64,000 nucleotides of DNA, from positions 1,991,027 to 2,055,026 of the forward strand of contig CM082588.2 of assembly GCA_040954595.2 (NCBI GenBank), in the 5' to 3' direction. The notes beneath the pieces are model-generated. The model was not told the DNA's origin. It saw only the letters and a list, made by a program, of their open reading frames with translations, and made no database searches. The translations under genes and the position numbers were made by a program. Source of the DNA: Balanoglossus misakiensis (lineage: Eukaryota; Animalia; Hemichordata). This document shows, piece after piece, positions 9,101 to 24,411 of this stretch (within the stretch, counting starts at the first letter, position 1; every line of letters starts with the position of its first letter).

Positions 9101-12100
9101 TCAAGCCAAAGCTCTTTTAGTAAAAAATAATATATGTAAATCATGCAGGCGACTTGTTTCCATCTGGACATCATTCCATCTCTAGATCTGTTCAAATCCA
9201 ACTCTGTCATATCTGCCTGCCTTTTGCACTGATCTGTATATCAGCATGTTTCTCTGAACCCATGGTCACGTACCTAATGGCGGTGTAGGACACACGTACA
9301 CAATCACAGACCGTTAACACGATTTACGTATACCATAATCAGCGTCATGAGTATGACTTCTTGCCGGGGGATGAATTTTATGAGGACGGAACTGAGAAGA
9401 AGGTCGTTTAAGCGAATTTTAATACCGTCACGCAAACACGATGAAGACTCCATTAAAAAAGACATTGGGCAAGCACTAATGCATTGCGTTACATTCTACG
9501 GTTATGTTGGAGCACTGTTCATCGCTACAGGGCAAATGAATCAAGCGTAAAACTAATGAAGAAATAAAAGCGATAGTATGCACAGAAGTATATTTAAGTA
9601 TTATTAACTTCAAAAGTGTCCTTATATGACCAGGGCATTCAAAGGATCACATGATATTTCAAACTTCAAAACTGTAATCCTTCCTGTCAACGCGCCCTCA
9701 CACGCAAGTTTTTTCACGTCTGCCACATCCAGTCAAAACATGGTGCTTTTATAAACACCTGTTGATTGTGGTGATGCAACGCGGTACTTTGTGGCACACC
9801 TGTTCGGCAAAATTCTGTCCCGTGAGTATTTTTTATTGTTGACTGACAGCTTTGAATCAAGCAAATAAGAGAAAAAAATAAACGCTTTCAATGAAGTATT
9901 CTCAAAAACCTTAAATGAATGGACTTATACCCAAAAGCAAAAGCGTTTCCTGTCCCTTTTCACAGTGGCGATGCAATATGAATAATTGCTGTGTTCTGTG
10001 TTCGCCACATCAACCATCTTTTGTTTGTCTTTTTATAATCTTTAATGTATTTTTTTCATACTCGACGAGTTTCTTCTGACTCGAAGCCATTTTTCCATGT
10101 TTGCTCATCTATAATTTACGTTTGATTTATTACTTCGTCAGCGTCTCCGACGACTAGGGAACCGACTTCACACCTTGACGCTGTGAGACCATCCTGTACG
10201 TTCTACAAAATGTCGTGTGACAGCGATCTATCATCGCCAATATACGCCCCGCCCGCATTTAGTTCACTTTCAGTAGTTTGTTGAGGGTGTGATCGTACAC
10301 ATACCGTGAACGTGGCGGCTACTCACACCGCCGATGCATCATCATTTACAGCCCAGGGACGCTGGTCACGGTTGTGTTGCTTCGCAGTTGTATTTTCCGC
10401 ACTCACACCTTCGAAAAAAGAATCGCAAATTGTGTGAAGTGCGACCCCGTATTATTGCCACGATGACACGACAGTTAACAACAGCGGTCGGGGAATTGAG
10501 AGGTGTTCCTATCTCGTGGTTTTATAGCTTGTTTCTCGAACTATTCACAGAGGACATGTCGACATATGGTGTCAGAAAATTACACGGGTCTTCGCGGCTT
10601 TGCATTCCCATGATGTCTTATTCGTGACTCGCATATAGTCATACAAGAATATGCCTTAATAATAGGACGATATAAAGTGAAAGGCATAGTGCGGTCCACA
10701 CTGCACCGTGACCGTTGTAGATATTGCTGTTTTTCACACACATACACGGGACGGTCGTTTGAGGTTGCCTCTGTGACTTATAGTCCCTTTGATTACAAGG
10801 ACTCGTCCCCAACGTGCAGGCGATTGTGTGAACGCGCACGACACAACAGAAACACCCAACTCCCTTGCCATTTCATGGAACAAATGCCCCTAAGAGATGA
10901 AAACACCCATGGCTGACGTCGCTTTGTAAATAAAGTAAAAAGAAAGACGATAAGACGTATAAATTCAGGGCAGAGTAATTGAATCTGCCATTGGCGGGCT
11001 TTCCTGCTGTCAAACCGAGCAATTATGGCGCTTAGCTGCGAGTTTCATTATTTGTACCATAGCGGATTACCATGCGGACTGGTGCGTATTTTATAGGGAT
11101 TAAATCTACTCAGAAAACTGATCCGCTCAGCGAACAACATGATTCAATAGCTCAGGATGGGTTGATTTCTTTCTTACAGTGGACGTGCAAATTGAGGTAA
11201 TGAACGGCGGGTAATATCATGCTAAGCCGCAAACAGGCGACTGCAGTAAGCTATAGCTGTACAGAGGAGAAACTGGATAATGAAAACGTGTAGATTCAAT
11301 AAGCCTTACTCCAGATTATCTGCTCAAACAGAAGCGCGCAAATTATGGGCAAGTTCTTTGGCAGCGCACAATATGGTAGATGTCTCATAATTCATCAACA
11401 ATGCATAGGGCAGATTTAAGACAGGGTATTTGAATTAATTTCGTTTGTCGTATACTGACCGATAAGACCTGGGCCGTTTGATCGTCGTCGGCACACATAC
11501 ATGTACACATATCTAAAGCATTGCAAGTCGTTTCACTGGGTGAAAGTTTCACTGACCCAGACATGCGCCGTCTGTGCACCGACTTGTGAGCTGCAGACGA
11601 TAGCGACATCGGTAACCAAATCTCGAAGCTGACATTTCCCTAGCACGACAGTGGCATTAGTGGTATTCTTGAGAAGAATTGGAATCCTTCTTAGGAATAG
11701 CGGAGACTACAGAAGTCTCAGGAATTCTCTGCGGATAGGGTCGCACAGCGTCCACCGAGGGCCACCTGCTGCTACTGCGTTCATTCAGTGACAGCCTCCG
11801 ATTGAGATGCGCCGCCGAAATCAGGATTTACCGAGCGCTGTGGATTGCAGGGACTTAGCGACGGCAACAGATAGCGTTTACAGCTGTTTCACTGAAAAGT
11901 TCTTAATCATTCAACCATAGATTCTGCGATCAAGTTATCATTCCAGGAATGTTAAGGCCAACGGAGACAGATCTCGTCATCTGTAAGAAAAAAAGAGTGC
12001 AGGTCGTCTGGAATCTGCGTCGTGAGGGGATGATGTCGCATCTCTGAGCACTCTGAACCAAAATGCCCGGCAGACTACTCGAATTAACCCCGTGAACTTT

Positions 12101-12359
12101 CTGCATGTTAGCCACTTAACTTTTTAACTCGTTAGATTCCTCGAGAAATTAAACTATTACCCCTGTTAACTACGTCTGAATAGCTATATTCAGGTCCGCA
12201 CCACGATTTGACGATGTGCACGAACGATGAATGTATGTAGAAGCCTCAGCAGCCTATTATTTATTGCCCAAGTCAATGCATGACAAGCTAAACAATCTGG
12301 TATATTCCACATACGGCTGTAATAGGACGAAATGCAAATATTCTCTTCACTTGGCCGCA

Positions 12360-12408
12360 GAGAGAGAGGAAGGGAGAGAGTTAGAGAGACAAATAGACAG
12401 AGAGAGAC
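12360..12408. repeat. Imperfect (AG)n microsatellite
   Basis: gagagagaggaagggagagagttagagagacaaatagacagagagagac. Confidence 0.7.
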
Positions 12409-15079
12409 GGAACGTACACAAATACATTCATCGACCTAGATTTTGAGGGAAAATAGCCTCACCAAGACATTCATCATGCCAAGATGTCTTTGATTCATCT
12501 CCAGTGACTTTGCATTTAGATGGAATCCAGGATTTATTTTCGGTGGGAATACTTGTTCCCAGTAATGGCAAAATGGGGATTTCAATCACATGAGACATGT
12601 CTGGCCATAAATTGAAAATTTGAAGGTCATGGTCTATCTCCAAAACGTAAACAAATGATGGCAACGATAGTTTCAGTTAAATGTGAGAAAGGTTGGCAGT
12701 GTTTGCATGAATTGTCCAACATAACGAATTGTCACACCGTTGTTGTGCTTTTTTAAAAGTGGAGATCAGAGGTGTATCACCGTCTCAGGCGAAAGCATTG
12801 AGTAGGTGACTAAACAGACCATTTCTTATTTACTGGCGCAGATGTTACAGGAATTTGGATTAGAAATCTATCATCTACACAATCCGTTGTCGTCATAGAA
12901 ACGACGGAAGCTGCGTCTTGTAAACGGCAGCTCAAAAGCGGAGCCCAGCGAACAAATACCGATTGCTACAACGTTGTCCACATTGACTGCACATTCAGGG
13001 GTGGCTTGTGACTAGGGTTTTCATGCCTTGCTAGAAAGATTCACCTGATTAAACCTGTCCTGAGGTACATGCAAAGATTAAGTGCTAACATGTCAGATCG
13101 TACATAATGCCATTAAACCCTCAATTAACGCTGATTGAGGGTGACCTCGTCCGCGAGTGATTTCTTTCATACATATTTATGGAACGCACAGGTCTGGTCT
13201 TCATAGGTGATGTGGGATCTCGAAGGGCCAACTGTTTTGTTAGAACTAGGCATCATTGACAAATACTTTCTCAAGTGAATCTATGTTTAATACTTTAGAC
13301 AACCACAACGTCTGGGTCAGTCAGTCCCCTCACGTAGTCACGCCCGATGTTTTCTCGGAATAATCTACTTACGAGTGCATCGGATCAATATTAACGGTCT
13401 CATTTGATGCGAGGTGTTACAATGACCCCGCACAGACTGACGCTCTCCCAACGGAGAACAAGAAAGGCAAGATCCACTTGCGGTCTTCAGAGAAACTTGA
13501 TAGTCAGAACGTTTTGAGAATTTATAAAATGGCACCCATGTTAGTTAGTTTTCATTCCCCTGCGACCAAGTGCTTTATCGCCACGATTTATCCCGGTCAA
13601 AGCTTTGGCGAGGGTAAACGCCCAACGGACGATTTCACACGAGCCATGGGTCTTGAAAATATCGTAAATGATTCAACAGGAACGGCGAAAATGTCAAATA
13701 TACGCCTACCTCACTTTAATTCTGAGTGAATGTGCAATACCCTGGTTGTCAAAACGCCAAGTTACACGATTGACGTACAGGTTTAAAAACGCAGTGACTA
13801 GGTTTGAACCCAGTTCGAGATCTGTGCAGATTTTTGAACCAAGAATTCCGTAGGGAGAATGACTGTATTATTAGTCAGTACGGATTGTCATGTGTTTCAC
13901 AATTTTCTGCATATCCACTGGTGGTTGCCATGGCAGTTATCTGAGTCGCTCTGTATGTGTTTCAAGATAATTGAACCATTTTGGAAGGTAGAATCTTTAA
14001 TAATCAATGGAATCACGGGAAACATTAAAACGCCCTCCCCAGAGGGAACGAGAAACTCTCGCGATTTGCCGTTCAACGCACTTTGTAGTGCTACAGCTTG
14101 GCAAGACTGTTTCAAGTAGAATAATGTATGAAGGCTAGTTCAGAATCGTGCTGCTCAGCCATGATACTGTCAAGCACAAAATAGCGCTGAACATAAATCT
14201 GGCTACATCCATGATTTCTTTTGGCAATCTGAATCTTATTGGGTGGTTGTCTTTGCTTCTTGCCGGCTCCCACAAGCCATTATGTTCCGCTGAGATACAC
14301 ACACCCTCCGCTAAAATTTATGCTTTAGAAACAACAGCTGCAACAGAAAAATGGGCATGTGTCTGTCAACGCCATTATTCAGCAGTCCACGCACACAGAA
14401 ATCCGCTAGAAGCAACCGACGATGACGACAACACAGGAAGACGCCTGAGAAAATCCAACGCTCGTGAATATTTCCATTGATGTAATATGTTCAATCTAGT
14501 GCATCACGTATTCACGTTCAGTTGTCAATCCGTCTCTTCGGAGCCAAGCGCGGAGAAGCAAAGGCGACACATCAGCGAGGCAGTTATCAAGTTAAGGTGT
14601 TGGAAACACTGAAGTAACAGAAACCATGCACCAAGTATCGCCATGTCCCTACAGTTCAAATCTTAGATAACTACTTTTGTCACAAGACAAATTTAACTGA
14701 CGCGTCTTGATCATCATGCACTAGGGATGTTAAACGGATGCAACGGAATGGGGACAAATTATCGTACATCAGAGAAACTCGAACTATATCTCAACCGAAT
14801 CAAAATGAAGGCGCTAAAAACCGAATAAGGTTTGACAGTCGAATTGACAACAATCTTCACGTAGTTCAATAAGATGTCTTGATCGTCGGGCAGACGTGAC
14901 TTGCTTTGTTAATTCTTAGTCGGCACAGTTTCATTTTGTTCCAATACTTTGCATTTAATCTCGTTAAGTGCGGTGTAGTTTCTGCAAAACCCTTTTGAGA
15001 TTATAGATTCATAAGGCAGATAAACATCAAGGTTACATACATCCAGTTGCATATACACATACATATGTACATACGACCG

Positions 15080-15080
<1 letters not shown>

Positions 15081-15140
<60 letters not shown>
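15081..15140. repeat. (AGAC)15 microsatellite
   Basis: Perfect tetranucleotide run seen directly. Confidence 0.95.
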
Positions 15141-15141
<1 letters not shown>

Positions 15142-16069
15142 CAGGTTTTGAAATTTTGTTGATTAAGAGACCGATTTCTATCGTCTCCAGTTGATTTTGG
15201 CCAAGTATGACCTAAACCTAGCTGCAGGGTAGTTTGCATTTATATAGGCAACCCCATGACCCCATTTTGAAAGAAATAAAATATCTCCACTCGCCACCAT
15301 TCAGTTTAAGGAAACCGAAACCGAAAAGAAAGCGGAAAAGGTCACGACCTTACATATCATTCAAGAATTGTACCATCGGAGAAAAACCAATCCCAGTGAC
15401 GCAATACACTTAATTTCCCAACCTAGGCGGTACACGGAGAGAATTGGCGTGTAAAATTTTATCTTCATCGTCGAGTCGTTTAATGGCCACTTACGCTGTT
15501 GCGAGGGCAACAACCCTGAGAGAGTACATGAAACGTCCAAATTGATTCTGGTGGATTCTTGTTCTAAGCAGCCTTCAGTTTCAATCATTCAATTAAAACC
15601 CCGTGGTTTGTTGAACCTGCTGGGTGCACTATTTTCAGAGGTAAACAGAGGCTGACTGAGCTTAATTAGTTTTCCCCGGATAACTAGAAATACCCGCACT
15701 TTAATTCCCGTGCACATCGACATAACTCGTTGCCAATAATCACTGTAATAGACTTTCCAGCCCGATGACTTCGTCCCCAATTTCCCGGGGGCGGTTTACT
15801 TGATAACATGTTTTCTGCCCCCGCTCTAGGCGAGTAATTTCACAAAGCAAACGAGAGCTACAGCGGTTGCTTGACGTGAACGATAATTCTGTTGAGTGTG
15901 AAGGTTATTAGATATAGTTTTCGGGCGTTCTGTTTTCCTTCTCGAGATGGAGTCTGCAAAGGTCTGTATAAAACGCATTAAAGGTTCCGCCATTAGTGTA
16001 ATACACGTTTTTCTTACTGGCCAATTTCTACTTTTTTGTTGATATCCCTATGTCTGTGTGTCTATCTGC

Positions 16070-16094
16070 CTCTCTCTCTCTCTCTCTCTCTCTC
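16070..16094. repeat. (CT)n microsatellite
   Basis: About 12 CT units. Confidence 0.9.
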
Positions 16095-19000
16095 TGCCTG
16101 CCTATTCATGATTCCAAAAGCTCTCATCATCTGTCGTTTCATTCACTCACAACGCCCCATAACCGCAACGACAGTGCCGACATCATAATAAAATATATGC
16201 ACGATGAAAAAATGCACTGTGGTCTACTTTCAAATAGACATATTGTTAACTTTATAGCCTCTTTAAATTTATTAAAACGATAAATGCTACTATCATGAAT
16301 GCATAATAGCGCCCCAGGAATCTATAAATGTCGATCTTATTTTATTTTTTATTCTCTGACTTATTTGTTCGTGTTCAGTGCCTTCAAAGAGGAGCGCACT
16401 TTCACTGCATGTGTGCGCGTTTATCCAGGTTATTTTTGCCTGGTTGTCTCTGGGTTTTCTGTCTCTTTCTATACCGTGATAGAATTGGCAGAGAATTGAT
16501 GCACCAAATTTGATGACACCCACTATGCTGATTGCAATCCCGCAAAATCCAAGATTGATGAATGACGTCTTACAAGTGTGTTTTTCTATTTTCATCATGC
16601 ATGACATGATCAACTCTCAGTAGGAATATCCCTAGGAGTCCGAAAATTACATTTCAATGCAATCGGACAAGTAATTTCTGGGGAAAAAACAGCTGTTTGA
16701 TCAAATATAACTACCCCCTCCTCCACTATACGATTCTGCTGTACTCTCATTACAACTTCAGCCAAACATATTGTTTGTCTTGGTCGACTGGTCGTGTAGA
16801 AGACGACCCCACCCCCGCCTCCCTCCACCTGAAAAAGAACCCACCTCTTTTTAACTTTAAGTTCTCGGGTTCGACTTTGGCCTTCTGACGTGTGTCGGAA
16901 GCATGGGTCGATGACACTACTCGCCCGAGTTCACTATAATTCCAATCGATTTTTTGTAAAGAGAATCTATTTGCTCGTCTGTTCAAGAGTTCTGTGAAGA
17001 TCTGGACAGCTCTTACTTCAACGGCCAGACGTTCTCCTTATGCTACGTCGCATCAGGGGCAGGTCACGTCGGCGGCTTTTAAGCACAGCGAGAGATTGTC
17101 AGGAAAATCCCGGCGCTAGAACTGTGCAGAGTCCATTAAAATCTGCCTCGGATCGCCAGCTGTCCAAATACCAGGCTTGCTTTAAGTCACGAATTTGCAT
17201 CAGCTGAAAGTTGAGCTGACATCGCATGATGTGAGTAGCATCTGTGACCTTATACATGTAACATGACCAGCAGCTTGTTAAAGACATGCATACTAATTAA
17301 GTTATTTTGAATAATTCCCGGCAAGGCACGAATGCACATACCAGAAGCAGCCTGGCTTACTAGCGCTATAATTCAAAACGAAGCACTGAAATTCAAAGAA
17401 GGGAAAACAAAGTCGCGGCCCTAAACGAGGGCACGACACAGGAAGAAAAAAACTGCACGAATAAATGTCAGTTGTCATGCAATTACATGTGGAATTAGGT
17501 CGTCAACGTCGCCATTGTCCGAACCAGATTACCATTCAAATGATACTGTAGATATTATAATATTTCCCTCCCAGATAAAATATGACGCCACATCATTCTC
17601 TCCAAAGCGCATGACTCCTGCCTTTAAATAACTAGAAACCACGGCTTCAGTTCTTTTTTTAGGTATTCGACAACAAACATCTACTATAAATCTGATCTAA
17701 AATACCATCCATGTCAACTCCAAAGGAATTGTTTTCGTATTATTATGCTGCGCCGCGAAAAAGTCATGACGTCTTGACATTTCGCGTAATTTTATTGCAC
17801 GCAATTTCCAGTTCTTCATCGGATTACTAATTGTACAATCGAATTTCGGACTGTCCAAAAACCAATATCAGACATTCTGTCGCCATTGGTGAAACCAGTA
17901 AACTGCTCTCTCACTCCGCCGAAGAATTCTAAGTAGAAAACTCGATATTGACAAAAGTACACTAAAAGGAGATAGTCATACGCCATTATGAATTTGCAAT
18001 GAAAAGAAACTGCTCTCTTTCACGGGAGTCAAGAAACGTAAAATTGTCTCAGTGCAAACACATTTATGGCATTTAAGTTATATTCCACAGCGGCCAAAAA
18101 TAGAAAACTGCCAGTTGAGTCAGCGTACAAGCAATAATAATATCGCGAGTCGCTTTGTCATCACGAGCCGAACCATATGGGACACGAATACTCCGATTAG
18201 ACCCGCCGGCAGTGACAATGTCGATGCATCAAGTAATAGAATTTTATATTACTATATCAATGACTGGGCTAATATTTTGTGAAAAGTTATACAATTCTAT
18301 CTTAACGAAGTGCCGACCCTGGGGAGAAGATAGTGATGTCATCGTTAAGAGTTTGTCTCAAACACCCATAAGGCAAAAGTCTACTTAAAACATCACTTTG
18401 AGCGCTGCTATCACTTGTTCATGCTTTTGCCTATATTATCTAACTTAGTCAACTGAAAAGGCTACAATTAATATCCCGGATGAGAAGACCAGAGTTGGTG
18501 GGAGAAGATATAGGAGGGAGACAAAAGGAAGAATGTTCTATGAGCCCGCCTGTTTCATACGACTCGTGTCATCACCTACGACCCATGACCTTTCAGATCA
18601 TCAGTCGCCTGCCTACTGACAGACGGTGTGACGTCAAGCGTGCTAACAACTATTTTTGGAAAGTCTATTTTGTCACCAAAACACATCCAGTCTTTTACGG
18701 CGGTCAGTTGAGCAGTAATGTGATATAGTGTAGTAGTTTACAGACTTGTCGTTTGTCAGAAAAGTAAAAGAGCAACTCGCTGAGCAGCAGGTAAAAGTGA
18801 AAAACCCAGTCAACTGTGCCAGGGCGTCACGTTACCGTCCAAACTACCCGTCCCCCAGGGCCAAAAGAGTGAAACGGCGCCTCACAAAATGAACCGAACA
18901 TTCCTTGATCATTATTTTTTCATTAACACTGCTGTTTCAATGGTTGGTTTTTATTAATAATAGAAGCTCTTCACGGCAGAATGCTTTATGATCATAATTC

Positions 19001-20296
19001 ACGTGTCTGGGAAGATAATTTGTGAAATTCTCACACTGGTGATAAACTGTTTAACTAACACTTAGCTGACAAACAGAACCCAATTTTCCATGATTAATGC
19101 TCATAATCCGGGTACTTAATCGACAATTTTGATGAAATAACAAGGGAGAAAAGGTTATTTGGACTCAGGAAGCTTTTGCGTACAAGAAAGTGCCTTTGTT
19201 GATAAAGGCAAACGCTACTATCGGAGCCGCCTGACTCATCGTTGATGTAGAATAATGACACACGTTGAGTTATTACAAGATGTTCAACCCATCACAGATA
19301 TTTTAATTAACCCCGAGGGTATTTATTACACGATCGGGAATGTCGTTTGTGACAAATATTTTCCCCCGGACATCGTCTAGCTAAATTGTCTTTCGAAGTC
19401 TACAGGTGTGTGTGTGACGTGCGTCCACGGCGAGAGTGATTGGCCGCCGTCCATTTTGCGCTCTTCATTGCTTTGACTTTCAAACTCCTGCCCTGCCCTG
19501 CAACAACTGACCAAGAACCATTTATTTACACTGAAAACAGCGCCATGTCACTGTAATTTGTGTGGTTTTGCCGACGTGTCATTAACGAGTGCAGCATTGA
19601 CTCTAATAGCCTCCGGCATCGCCGACGACACCGCCCTCTGTAAAACGAGAGTGGAGAACACTCCATGAAAGATGCATGCAGTCACACGCAAGCCTCGACT
19701 ACACAACTAGGTCTTGTTTAGCAATCCATCATACGCCGGATCATTTGTGCGATCGCTTCTCTACTACTGACAGCTCTAAATATAGGACCCTACATTCATT
19801 GTTCGCGGACAATTGCAGTCCTCTATGATCCGCTGCCACTTTGGTCGTCGTCCCTCTACATGAACCATGACAGCTCTCCCGTGCGTCCCAAATTAACGCC
19901 GGCCAACCGAACGTCATCTTCAAGCAACGGTGCGTATTGTTTTGTTCATCCTAGCCGCATACAGAGTAACCATGTACACGCTGCCAGGACAGTGCTTCGT
20001 GCTCGAGTAACACCTCGTGTGCTAGTCGAGGATCACCGAAATCGAAGGTCACTTGGTGCCTTTTTTAAGTGCAGTGACGGTATGCGGATTCCCGGATGTT
20101 GTCGGACGAAAGTGCGCAGTGTATAACATTGTCACACTTACAAGGGAGCTGACCAAGTGCTGGGTCGGGGAGTTCTGGACTATCAGGAATCTTTCAACCG
20201 TTGTTTAAGATGTAAACAAGTCGACGAGTATAAACTGATATCGTCAGTGGTATTTTTGTAAACCAAGCGGTAGACTTAGCACTGTACAGGCGTAGC

Positions 20297-20623
20297 ATGT
20301 TGGAGTTAGACTGGACGTGGCTGGGTCGTCGCATTCTCTTTCTGTTTTCAGTACCCCTGTGTACCAGCTGTGTATATGCCGCCCACCCCGGATACTACTA
20401 CAGCTATGATCAGACCATCAACGAGCGTATGATAGCGGAGGGTCTGACGATATGTGCGGTCGCTATTGTGATATTCGTGGCGCTCGTCGTGTGGCTGATA
20501 AGGTCGAACTTGGAGTCCTCCCGAGAGACGACGCTTCGGAGGAAGGCGTTGGAAGCAATGAAAAAACGCCACCCCGGGCGAGAGAGCGCTCCAGAAGGCG
20601 AAGAGGCTATATACAGCCTGTAA
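20297..20623 (+). CDS. Small single-pass type I membrane protein (108 aa), family unknown
   Basis: ATG ORF with signal-like N-terminus (RRILFLFSVPLCTSCVYA), ~18-aa ectodomain, TM GLTICAVAIVIFVALVVWLI, and a basic then acidic tail ending EEAIYSL. GC-richer than the flanks. Confidence 0.7.
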   Translation: MLELDWTWLGRRILFLFSVPLCTSCVYAAHPGYYYSYDQTINERMIAEGLTICAVAIVIFVALVVWLIRSNLESSRETTLRRKALEAMKKRHPGRESAPEGEEAIYSL

Positions 20624-23264
20624 GCTGTCACAAACATACGTAACGTCACCGAAGAGCAATTTGTTTGCCGGGGTTCGCTTTGTTTTGTAATCGGCGGTGT
20701 GCTGGGAATTGGATTGACTGTTTAGGAATTGGACAACAAGGCGAGGAATGTGAACCATATGCGTATATTTTACTGCACTTGCTAAGGGCGTGAGTGTGTG
20801 TGTGGACTATTCAACGCAAACCATTCGTCACGCCAATCAAAGGTATTTTACACCGCCAAGTGTCAATGTAGTAGAAGTCTGAATGCCTGTTGTTTCTTTA
20901 CAGACGGTGAACATTCGTCTCGATCCCCAAGACAATGGGAGATAAGCTGATTCAATCGCAGATTTTCGAACTATGCCGGTAGGATAAGAGATGTACTACT
21001 TTGGAACCAAACCGGACCCCCAAATTTACAGTTTTGTATTGAGGAGACCTTTGTCGATCGCCCGAGATCTCCGCTATTCTAATTGTTTGCGGCGACGGTG
21101 ACATCAGCAGACAAACAGACTTATAGAAAGGCTTTGTGACCTGTTTTGCTTCTCCACGTCTGAAGCGTTGACAGAACAGTAAGCGAAAGACTTATGAAGC
21201 CTGATCACGCTGCCGTCGAAAGCAACCAACCAAGAAGAAACGCACTTACAACCAATGTCCGTGGATCTGGTGCTAAGGCTTTACAGGGACGTAAATAAAC
21301 CCAAAAATGGAAACCCGATAGAGACTTCGATTCAGTCAGACTTTTTAATGCTGCAAGAGGATTAGCAACCTTTTTTTAACGGGGTGTTTCAGGGATTCAA
21401 CAAAGAAATCGAAGTTAATACACAGAACGGAAAATACCGAAAAATAGCCAGCAGTTACAACTAATGGGACTTTAATGGAATAGTGAAACCCATCTACGAC
21501 ATACGCATCCATCTCAGCCTTTTTTAATGTCACACCCGGAATAAGTTATATAGAACGCAATTTCCAATTATTTTCCGTCATATGTAGTGTACCGTCGATT
21601 AAAAAGCATACTGAGCTTGGAGACACGGGTCCCAGGAGAAAATGATCATACAAGTTCCAACAGGCAAAATGGTACATATATGGTGCAAAAATAACTCCCA
21701 AAGTCCCCAATCACACGAAGCATATCCCGTGTTCAGACACGTTTGGACTTAGAAGTCAGACAACTCCGAGGGAATCTTGTTAATTATGGAAAGCACACGT
21801 TGTTAACGTTGCCCTGACAACGGACGGAGAAAACAACCGTGATGCGATTCCCAGGGGAAGCTTCGACAGTGGACAATCCCGATGAGTTTAATTTGGAAAA
21901 TCACCTGTTTTCATGATCCGATAAACACGTATATACATTGATGTTCTTGTTTGACACTCGTCTCTGGTTTCAGGGCGATTACGTTCTCATCAGATGCTCT
22001 TGCGGTATTTTTGTGATGGCTTTACGCGCGGAACTGTGTTTTATAGCCAAGGGTGTATACATACTGTAATTATAAGGTCCACGGCATTTTAGTCGTTACC
22101 TGAACGATATAGTATTCAGAAAAAATAAGGACACATTCCGTAATGCGCACGCAGGTAAACACCGCCACTTAGTCAAGCCGCAGAACTGTTGCCGTAAAGA
22201 GGTCGTACTTTACGACGATGAGAACTTGTAGGCAAACAGCAGCACCTGCATGCATACGAGATTTCGTCACCGGAAAGCGACACACCCAAACCTTCAAAGA
22301 AAAGAACCACCCGCATGTTTCCCTGTTTGCGCTCTTGGGTGAAATTACAACAATATAGAATCCCAGACATGCGTTTATAATTCCACTGGCAAAGTCTATT
22401 ATACTTTTCACGCCATTGCAGTTGCTTTGTAGGGTCTTAAATCTCCTCAACCGTTGTCCTGACTGCAGCCAGTCAGTAGTTTAAAACAACACGGGGAGAT
22501 ACACACAGTTTTGTCTGGACAACTTGAAATTTCACATTGCTTTTGACAATGACTCCACTGTTCAGTGTTTGTACATATTGTAAACAGTAACGCACGGTGT
22601 AAATATTTCAACTCAGTGGATGGACACATACATTTTTTTCGGTGTGTAACTTTTGGATAAATATTTTTTTCTTTGAGAAAATAACTAGAATAAAGCGCTA
22701 TTTTCATTCTAATAACCGATTCGAGTCACGCATCTGAGAAACAGTTTTGTCGTAAACAGTTGAAAGGCTTGTGGCCGGAGAACAGTGGGAAAGGGCCACG
22801 CATGCAAATATGGCGGCCCAAAGGACCCGGATTACACCCAGTGGACATTTCTGTTGGCCGCAGTATTCTGATACAACACAGTTGTGTCACTGAACGGCCT
22901 TGTTCCTCCAGCTGAAAAAGTGTAATTTTCAATGCCATGTCTCGAGGCTATTTTTCCCTGTCCTGTCGCGCGAGGTTGACTTCTGCAGTCAGGCTGCGCA
23001 TCCTAAACTACAGACATCTTGACACAGTGACATGTCCGTTATATTCATTGCATTTGAATTGCAAATTCCAGTGACCAAGTCAGCTGTTGTCCTGCATGCG
23101 AATACATATGATTAATCATTGTGTTTGTATTTAAATGATGATTGTTCGAACAGGAGGAACAAAGAACCACAAAAAGCTGGCCCGTCAATGTTGGTATGCC
23201 CGTAGAAAGGGGCTTGTACGTTAGGTGGTTAGCTAGCTAGTCTTTCTAACTGTCTAGCCAGCCA

Positions 23265-23400
23265 GATGGATGGATGGACGGACGGACGGACGGGCACAGA
23301 GACAGACAGACAAATATATAGATAAATCAGTCTGTCCGTACATTTATTCATTCATTCATTCGTTCATTCACCTTCATCCACCCACACACCCATCCATCCC
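23265..23400. repeat. Compound tetranucleotide microsatellite (GGAT/GGAC/GACA/TTCA/CCAT)
   Basis: Seen directly. Confidence 0.8.
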
Positions 23401-24411
23401 TCAATTTACTATCGACGCACGTTTTGCTGTATGTTAGTGTGGGTGTATTAACACCAGAGGAGAAAAAACCAAACAACAACCGACAGAAAACAAATATCCG
23501 CCAACATATGCCAGCGCATGCTTCATATTCGTGTGTATTTTTAGAATCTAAAAACAGTACTTAATATTGATAAATATAGCCAACATAGGCCCAGTAGATG
23601 TGCCATTTATTTTTATCCATTTGCAATGATACTGTAAAGTAAATCTCACGTACACTAGTTCATTTCCTGGACAATGACGTCACGGATTTATTCCCCTATG
23701 GCACTTCTAAAGCTCTCGTAATCTCATAATGACGGTGTATCGGTAATTCCATTTCTGTGTCCGGTCGCGGCGTACATATTTATTTTAAGTGAACTGTAAA
23801 AGGGTTCGCTTTCGGTGTTTTGTAAACGTTTCAATTTCCAACTTGCAATTGTTTGAAAAACAAGAAATGTGTTTAACTATTATATATAATGCTGTCTGGA
23901 CCGTGATTTGTCAAGTGGTCTATCGTTCTGAATTTCATTTTCTTTAATTTACCCAAATGTTGAATGTTTGCTATATTGTTTTTTTTTTAAACCGACATGA
24001 CTGCTACCGGCGGCCATATTGGAGCCCAACAAACACCAGCTCATTATAGTTGTGGTTTGTACCAAACAGAAGCGAGTTCTTTCTCAGAACTAGCCAGGGC
24101 AGATAACTGAAAGATCAGTGAAAAGACGCCAGTCCAACAATACAATAAAGTATGCAGTATCACCACATATTTTTTTAACTGTCACATGCAAAATTAATCA
24201 CGTCGCTGCATCGGAGATCTCGGTTCCGTTTATGAGATAGTGATACCCGCCGGCATTCGTCTTTCTCATTTCAGAAAATGGGATTCGACAATATGTTGAA
24301 ACAGAATTATCGAGTGGACTCGACTATTTACCGTCCAGAAAGAATGGTGATTAATTACTCCCGCAAAGAACAGTTTTTGCCGTCTCTTTGAATCGCAAAA
24401 AGAACCGACGC

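Noticed and set aside
14909-15239. ORFs with SVCL repeats
   Set aside because: Translation of the (AGAC)n microsatellite.
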